Of a stretch of DNA of 64,000 nucleotides, positions 57,919-64,000 are shown in pieces (position 1 is the stretch's first letter; every line of letters starts with the position of its first letter). This stretch comes from an uncultured delta proteobacterium (GTDB taxonomy: Bacteria; Myxococcota_A; Polyangia; Polyangiales; Polyangiaceae), in the NCBI GenBank assembly GCA_963716725.1, contig CAVQUB010000007.1, forward strand, positions 128,001 through 192,000, written 5' to 3'. The notes below the pieces were generated by a model that saw only the letters and a list, made by a program, of their open reading frames with translations, had not been told where the DNA came from and did no database searches. Made by a program: the position numbers and the translations under genes.

Positions 57919-59745
57919 GTGGCGCCCGATTCCGACCTCAGCCCAAAGCTTTCTGCGGCGGTGGACGAGGCGGGCCTGGGCCTGGTGGTCACCTCTGGCA
58001 CCGCCCCATCCACGCACGTCTACGTCAGCGCCGGTGCCGCGAGCCTACTGGGCTACGCAAGAGCCGATCTCGAGCGGTTGGACAGCGCGCGCTACCTGCC
58101 CGCCGGCGTGATCAGCGATACCTTCGACGGGTTCCGGGACGTCGCGCTCATCAAGCGCGACGGTTCTCCCTTGCGTGTGCGTCTCGCCAAGCTGCGTTCC
58201 GATGGCCAAGACGTGTTTGTGTTCCGGGGCCTACCCGCCGCTTCGGGCACGGGGACGCGTGCGGACTTCCAGCGGCTCCTGGATGCTGCCCCTGACGGCT
58301 TGGCTGTGATCGGACGGCTTGGGCTCATCTACGCGAATCCGGCGCTGCTGCGCTGGGTCGGCTTTGACGACGTGTCCGCACTGGCGAGCGCTCGCGCCAC
58401 CGAGATCGTTCACACCGACGACGTGCCGAAGGCCGCCCGGGCACTCGGAGCGTTGCTGGACGCGCCCGGCAACCGCGCCGTGCTGCGCATCCGCGCGCGC
58501 CGGACCGGCGGAGGACTGTTCGAGGCGGAGTGTGTCGGCCACGGTATCGAATGGGAGGGTCAGCGCGCGTGCCTGGTCGTCGCCCGGGATCTCTCGCAGC
58601 GTCAGCTCGATCAGTCCCGCCTCATCGTGGCCGATCGCAGCGCTTCGGTCGGGACCATGTCGGCGGGCGTGGCTCACGAGATCAACAATCCGTTGGCATA
58701 TTTGCTGCTGAATCTCGAGTATCTGATCCGCGAAGTTCCAGTTGCTGGAGATGATCGCGCGCGCCTGAACCTGCTCGCCGAACGGGTTCACGAGTCACGC
58801 CACGGCGCCGAACGGGTCGGGCACATTCTCCGAGAGTTGGGCTCGCTCTCGTCTCGGCGACGCACTCAGCGCTACGGAGTGGACCTGGGCGAGGTCATGG
58901 GCCGCGCGCTGCAAGCCGTCCACGCCGAGATCTCGCCACGAGCGAGCATCGTGGTCGAAAACGAGAACGTTCCGCAGGTGGACGCCGACCCGAACAGCCT
59001 GGAGCAACTCTTCGTCAACATCCTGTCGAACGCGGGCCAGGCCTTTCAGACAGACTGCCCCGGCGACAATCGGATCCTGATTCGCCTCTCATCCCGCGAA
59101 GACGGCAGCGCGCTGGTCGAGGTGAGCGACAACGGCAAGGGCATCGCGCCAGCGCATCTGAACCGGATCTTCGATCCCTTCTTCACCACCAAGCCTACAG
59201 GGACCGGCCTCGGACTTCCCATCTCGCATGCCATCGTGCAGTCCTTTGGCGGGCAGATTTCGGCGCAGAGCCAACTCGGACACGGCACCACGTTTTGCAT
59301 CGTGTTTCCTCCGGGCACAGCCCCGAAACACGAGTCGGCACGGACCTCCAGCCTGCCCGCGCCCAGCGGTCGCCGAGCGCGAGTGTTGGTGGTGGACGAT
59401 GACGCGTTGGTGGCCGAGACCGTCAGTCGAGCGCTCTCGGAGAGCTACGACGTGTCCGTCGCGACCAGCGCGCGGAGCGCGCTCACCGAGCTGGAAGGGG
59501 ACGCCCGCTTCGACGTCATCCTGTGCGACCTCCTGATGCCGGATATGTCGGGCATGGACCTGTATCAGGCGCTGGCTGATCGCCAACCGGGGCTCGAGGC
59601 GCGCGTGGTCTTCATGACCGGTGGCGCGTTCACGCAGCGCGCGCGTGACTTTTTGGCTCGGGTGAACAATCCCCGCCTCGAGAAGCCCTTCGAGCTCGAC
59701 CACTTGCACGAGATCGTCGCCCAGCGCCTGACGCAGTACGGATGA
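57919..59745 (+). CDS. Hybrid sensor histidine kinase (PAS-HisKA-HATPase-REC)
   Basis: AHEINNPL, DNG.GI, FDPFFTTK, GTGLGL, VLVVDDD, CDLLMP. Confidence 0.93.
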   Translation: MAPDSDLSPKLSAAVDEAGLGLVVTSGTAPSTHVYVSAGAASLLGYARADLERLDSARYLPAGVISDTFDGFRDVALIKRDGSPLRVRLAKLRSDGQDVFVFRGLPAASGTGTRADFQRLLDAAPDGLAVIGRLGLIYANPALLRWVGFDDVSALASARATEIVHTDDVPKAARALGALLDAPGNRAVLRIRARRTGGGLFEAECVGHGIEWEGQRACLVVARDLSQRQLDQSRLIVADRSASVGTMSAGVAHEINNPLAYLLLNLEYLIREVPVAGDDRARLNLLAERVHESRHGAERVGHILRELGSLSSRRRTQRYGVDLGEVMGRALQAVHAEISPRASIVVENENVPQVDADPNSLEQLFVNILSNAGQAFQTDCPGDNRILIRLSSREDGSALVEVSDNGKGIAPAHLNRIFDPFFTTKPTGTGLGLPISHAIVQSFGGQISAQSQLGHGTTFCIVFPPGTAPKHESARTSSLPAPSGRRARVLVVDDDALVAETVSRALSESYDVSVATSARSALTELEGDARFDVILCDLLMPDMSGMDLYQALADRQPGLEARVVFMTGGAFTQRARDFLARVNNPRLEKPFELDHLHEIVAQRLTQYG

Positions 59746-59805
59746 GTGGGGGGCGGAGCCAAGGAAGCGGACCTGGCCCGGGTTCCAAGCCATCGGAGGA
59801 GACAC

Positions 59806-60363
59806 ATGGCTCAGATCAACACGGGCTCGCGCGCAGCGTCCGGGCGGGCGACCAATCACGAATTGCCACTCGTGCCGTTCATCGACTTCCTGCTCTGTCT
59901 GGTGTCGTTCCTGCTGATTACGGCCGTCTGGTCCCAGATGGCGCGGGTCGACGTCTCGGCCAACGTGCCCGGCAAGCAGTGCGACGACGGCCCTTGCAAG
60001 GAAGACAAGCCCAAGCGCCTGCACGTCGAAATGAAGGACAAGAAGTTCGCCCTGGCCTGGAGGCAGGGCGAGACCGTCGTCGCGACGGCGGAGGTCGAGC
60101 GCAAACCCGTACGAACCGAGTCCGGTGATGTGCGCTTCCCGGACTTGGAAAAACGCGTCGCCGAAGAGTGGCGCACTCAGGGCGTGCACAAGAGCCCCAC
60201 CGACGACAAGAGCGACCAAGCCGTGTTGCACAGCCAGAACGAAACCGAGTTCGGCGAGTTGGTCGCGGTCATGGATGCGCTCCACGCGCAGCGGCGCGAG
60301 CGCCGCGTGGGCAATCTCACAGCGCAGGTTCCGGCCTTCGCCGTGACCTTCGCGGTGAACTGA
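59806..60363 (+). CDS. ExbD/TolR family protein
   Basis: [36 protein letters not shown]. Confidence 0.88.
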   Translation: MAQINTGSRAASGRATNHELPLVPFIDFLLCLVSFLLITAVWSQMARVDVSANVPGKQCDDGPCKEDKPKRLHVEMKDKKFALAWRQGETVVATAEVERKPVRTESGDVRFPDLEKRVAEEWRTQGVHKSPTDDKSDQAVLHSQNETEFGELVAVMDALHAQRRERRVGNLTAQVPAFAVTFAVN

Positions 60364-60407
60364 CCGCGGGACGACGGCGGTGGCGCGTGCTAGCGTCGCG
60401 CCCCTTC

Positions 60408-61244
60408 ATGACTCGTCTCGAAAAGCGCCTGCTCTCGCTGGTGGCCAAGGCGAGCTCGGACTTTAACCTGATCGAGCCGGACGACCGGGTCATGGTGGCG
60501 GTCAGCGGAGGCAAGGACTCGCACTCACTGCTCTACCTGCTGCGCGAAGTGCAGCGTCGTGCGCCCTTTTCGTTTTCGCTCATTGCCGTCAACCTCGACC
60601 AGGGGCAACCGGGCTTTCCCGGCCATGTGCTGCCGGAGTACTTCGCCCGCGAGGGCTACGAACACCGCATCGTCAGCGAAGACACGTACTCCGTCGTCCG
60701 CGAGAAGATCCCCGAGGGCAAGACCTACTGCTCGCTCTGTTCGCGACTCCGGCGCGGCGTTCTGTACAACGTGGCGGTTGAGTTGGGCGCCACCAAGATC
60801 GCTCTCGGGCACCACCGCGACGACGTGATCGAGACGTTGATCTTGAACCTGTTCTACTCGGGGCAGATGAAGGCGATGCCTCCGCGACTGCGCTCCGACG
60901 ACGGCAGAAATGTGGTCATCCGCCCGCTGATTTACTGCTCGGAGCCGGACATCGCCGCCTTCGCCCAAGAGCGGGAGTTTCCCATCATTCCCTGCGAGCT
61001 GTGCGGCTCCCAGGACAACCTGCAGCGCAAGCGGGTCAAAGAACTGCTCACGCGCTTGAACGACGAGAACCCCAATGTGCGGGCCAACGTCTTCGCAGCG
61101 CTCTCCAACGTGCGTCCGACGCATTTGCTCGATCCGGAGGTGCGCCGGCGCTTTGGCGTGGACGAAGCGCGAGAGTCCGACGGGAGCGCCGCCTCGCAGC
61201 ACGGCGCGCTCGTCCCGCTCGCGCTGGCCCGGCGCGCGGAGTGA
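60408..61244 (+). CDS. ttcA: tRNA 2-thiocytidine(32) synthetase
   Basis: [30 protein letters not shown]. Confidence 0.95.
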   Translation: MTRLEKRLLSLVAKASSDFNLIEPDDRVMVAVSGGKDSHSLLYLLREVQRRAPFSFSLIAVNLDQGQPGFPGHVLPEYFAREGYEHRIVSEDTYSVVREKIPEGKTYCSLCSRLRRGVLYNVAVELGATKIALGHHRDDVIETLILNLFYSGQMKAMPPRLRSDDGRNVVIRPLIYCSEPDIAAFAQEREFPIIPCELCGSQDNLQRKRVKELLTRLNDENPNVRANVFAALSNVRPTHLLDPEVRRRFGVDEARESDGSAASQHGALVPLALARRAE

Positions 61245-61314
61245 GTGCGGGTCGCGACCGAGCCCCGTCTCGAGCAGGTCCCACAAACCGTCCTCCCCGG
61301 TGGTTCGACCAGCC

Positions 61315-61797
61315 TCAGTTCAGCTGCCGGAGCTTGCACAGCATCTGCGCGGCGGTGGGGTCGTCGGGCCGAAGCTCCGCCGCTCGCTCGAACTCCGCGA
61401 TGGCGCGGGTGGGCTTGCCCTGCGCCGCGTAGATACGCCCGAGGTTCAGGTGTGGGAAATGGCGAGGGTCGTAGCGCTTCGCTGCTTTCGCGCGCTCGAG
61501 CCATGGGATCGCTTCGTCGAGGCGCCCGAGCTCGATCAGATACGCACCGATGTCGTTGTAGGGGTTGCCGAAGTCCGGGTCGACGCCGATGGCGCGCTCG
61601 CACTCGGCGATCGCCGCGTCGACGTCCCCGCGCCAGCTCAACGCCCAGCCGAGGAAGGTGTGAGCCTCACCGGTGGGGCAGACTTCGATGGATTGGCGGT
61701 AACACTCGATGGCGTCGTCGAGGCGGCGGCGCATCTGGAGCGCGCAGCCTTGCTCCCAGAGTTCGACGGCTCGGGCGTGAGGGTTTGGGTCCGGCAT
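61315..61797 (-). CDS. Tetratricopeptide-repeat protein
   Basis: EAHTFLGW, DPDFGNPYNDIGAYL, PHLNLGRIY. Confidence 0.88.
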   Translation of the reverse strand: MPDPNPHARAVELWEQGCALQMRRRLDDAIECYRQSIEVCPTGEAHTFLGWALSWRGDVDAAIAECERAIGVDPDFGNPYNDIGAYLIELGRLDEAIPWLERAKAAKRYDPRHFPHLNLGRIYAAQGKPTRAIAEFERAAELRPDDPTAAQMLCKLRQLN

Positions 61798-61949
61798 CGC
61801 CGAAAGACATGGGGCGGCGCCCCTGCCTTGGCGAGGCCTTGACGCGTCCGGGGTTTGGCCGTGCGTGGCAGAGTGCCGGGCATGGCGCCGCGTTTCTCAG
61901 CAAGTCCCGATTTCCGCTCGCGCTCGGCTGGAGATGCGGCGCTGAGTGC

Positions 61950-63488
61950 TCATCCAGACGCCAGCGCCAGCCGGCGCTTTCGCGCGCGATCGGGCGCCAC
62001 GGGCGGCACTGCTTCGGCGTAACCCCGGCCGTCCGGCGCGTGACCCAGGGCCAAGAACACCCGCTTGAACTCCGCAAATGTGCCGCCGGCTCGCACGGCC
62101 TCGGCCACGGCCAGGCCTTCCGCCTCGCCTCCCTGCGACAGCACGTGCTCGACCCACGACCACTTGGCGCTCACCGCGCGCACCTCGGCACGACCCCGAA
62201 GCCCGCGGCGCAGTCGTTCGAGGCGCCGTTGCACGGTGCCGACTCCGGCGTAGGGCATGCCGTCGAGCGGCGTGTTCTTCTTGGCGCAGAAGGGCGAGAT
62301 GCCGAGAGCAACGGGGATGATCTTCGAGAGCTCACCGACAAACTGCGCGCACTCGTCGATGTCGTCGTCCGTCTCGCCCGGAAGCCCGACCATCAGATAC
62401 AGCTTCAGGCGCTCGATGCCGTGAGCGCGGGCGGCTCGAGCGGCCCCGAGGTAGTGCTGTTCGCGACCCCGGCGCTCGATCAGGTCGCGCATGCGCTGGC
62501 TCGCGCCGTCGAGGGCCGTGGTCAGTGTGCGATGCCCGGCGGCGGCGAGCACGCTCACGAAGCCGTCTCCCAAGCGATCCGGACGTAGGCTCGACAGGCC
62601 GACCCGAGTGCCCCGCTCCGCCAACGTGCGCACGATCTCTTCGATGCGAGGGTGGTCGCTCACTGCTGCGCCGACCAAGCCGACCTTGGCGGTGTCAGCG
62701 GGGATTTCGGCGAGGATCACCTCCTTGGGCACGATGCGCATGCCGCCATTGGTGGTGCGCCGCATGACACAATAGGTGCACCCGCGCGAGCACCCGCGCT
62801 CGGTCTCGATCAGAAGCATGTCCGACAGCTCCGTGTGCGGGGTGCGGATCACGCTCTTCGCCGGCAACAGTTTGTCGTCGCAGGCTGCAATGGCCGGAAG
62901 GCTGTCGCCGTGAATCGATGGCACGTACAGATTCGGGTGCGCAGCCAGCTTGGCGAGCGCCGCCGCCTTGCTCGGCGCTTCGAGCACGGCGTCCGCGGCG
63001 AAGTCGATGATTTCGTCGGCCTCGCCCAGGACCACTGCGTCCGCGTAGCCCGCGAGCGTGAGTGGATTGCTGAAAGTGAGCGGTCCCCCCATCAGCACGA
63101 AGGGTTCACGTTCGCTTCGGCGCGAGCGTTCAGCGGTGATGCCCGCGGCGTCGAGCATGCGCACGATCCCGATGATCTGAAGCTCATAGGCGACGCTGAA
63201 GGCCAAGAGCTGGAAGTCGCCGAGGGGGCGCAGCGCTTCGTAGCTGACCGGGCCTTCGACCTCGGCACCAGGGTCCTCGCCGCCGTCGTCGAGGAACACG
63301 CGTTCACAAGCGACGCCGGGCAGGGACTGAATGCAGCGGTAGACCAGCTGATAGCCCAGCGAGCTCATGCCCACCGCGTAGGGGGATGGGTACACGAGCG
63401 CGATGCGCCGGGCGGCTTCCTTGTCGATGCGGCCGACCTCGTCCGCCAGGCGCTGACGGATGAGTCGGCGCGTGGCATCCGAGGGCAT
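61950..63488 (-). CDS. Radical SAM protein
   Basis: YP..Y.VGMSSLG; ERGCSRGCTYC; LKLYLMVGLPGE. Confidence 0.9.
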   Translation of the reverse strand: MPSDATRRLIRQRLADEVGRIDKEAARRIALVYPSPYAVGMSSLGYQLVYRCIQSLPGVACERVFLDDGGEDPGAEVEGPVSYEALRPLGDFQLLAFSVAYELQIIGIVRMLDAAGITAERSRRSEREPFVLMGGPLTFSNPLTLAGYADAVVLGEADEIIDFAADAVLEAPSKAAALAKLAAHPNLYVPSIHGDSLPAIAACDDKLLPAKSVIRTPHTELSDMLLIETERGCSRGCTYCVMRRTTNGGMRIVPKEVILAEIPADTAKVGLVGAAVSDHPRIEEIVRTLAERGTRVGLSSLRPDRLGDGFVSVLAAAGHRTLTTALDGASQRMRDLIERRGREQHYLGAARAARAHGIERLKLYLMVGLPGETDDDIDECAQFVGELSKIIPVALGISPFCAKKNTPLDGMPYAGVGTVQRRLERLRRGLRGRAEVRAVSAKWSWVEHVLSQGGEAEGLAVAEAVRAGGTFAEFKRVFLALGHAPDGRGYAEAVPPVAPDRARKRRLALASG

Positions 63489-63580
63489 CGGCTCAGGCGT
63501 ACAACGCCATGGCGCGCCGCGCCATGAAAGGTTCCGCGCCGGGGTTGCGAGGCCAGGGAGCGCTGGGCCATATTCCCGGC

Positions 63581-64000
63581 ATGCCGAGCCATCCGCCTCG
63601 CAGTGACGAACTCGTTTACGACTGGAACGAGATCGCACGCAAGGGTCGAGTCATCCCCAGCGGCGTCGAGTTCTTCGACGAGACCTTGCGGGACGGACTG
63701 CAAAACCCCAGCGTCAAAGATCCGAACATCGACGACAAGCTGGCCCTGCTCCACTTGATGGACAAGCTCGGCATTCAGCGGGCCGACATCGGCCTGCCCG
63801 GTTCGAGCAAGCGCGCTTTCGACGACTGCCTGCGCATGTGCCAGGAGGTCGTGAATCACAAGCTGAAGATCCGCGTGGCCTGCGCCGGCCGCACGGTGCC
63901 GGGGGACATCACGCCGATGGTCGAGCTTTCGCAGCGCGCGGGCATCCCGGTGGAGGTCTACGCCTTCGTCGGCTCGAGCCCCATCCGCGCGCTGGCGGAG
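63581..64000 (+). CDS. LeuA-family (2-isopropylmalate synthase-like) enzyme, runs off the window
   Basis: Translated by hand: MPSHPPRSDELVYDWN..FFDETLRDGLQNP (DRE-TIM motif). Confidence 0.85.
   Translation, partial: MPSHPPRSDELVYDWNEIARKGRVIPSGVEFFDETLRDGLQNPSVKDPNIDDKLALLHLMDKLGIQRADIGLPGSSKRAFDDCLRMCQEVVNHKLKIRVACAGRTVPGDITPMVELSQRAGIPVEVYAFVGSSPIRALAE

Noticed and set aside
1..64000. tRNA, rRNA or prophage genes
   Set aside because: None recognised by eye; a covariance search was not possible

Overview
High-GC window from a myxobacterium (probably Polyangiaceae-like, inferred from mglBA and many Gly/Cys-rich lipoproteins). Housekeeping and envelope genes occupy 1-18.4 kb and 30.3-64 kb. 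Between mglBA and pntAB (about 19.4-30.2 kb) lies a chromosomal integron read on the minus strand. It has a 5'-truncated integron integrase oriented in the same direction as its cassettes, a putative attI at 29483-29501 and 11 attC sites or remnants, most of them unusually long (155-184 bp). The array holds five toxin-antitoxin loci (three intact, two decayed), an IS3 element without target duplication that joins halves of two different cassettes, and several unknown cassette genes. Most notable: the integrase reading frame has no stop before attI and runs in frame into cassette 1, and cassettes 2 and 3 would also be in frame if placed at attI. Outside the integron there is a tandem catalytic/non-catalytic pair of large TPR-DUF3857-transglutaminase proteins and an orphan sctQ-like gene. 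Several conserved genes carry single-base frameshifts that look like sequencing errors, so all frame-dependent claims need read-level confirmation. All family assignments are by motif recognition, not database search.
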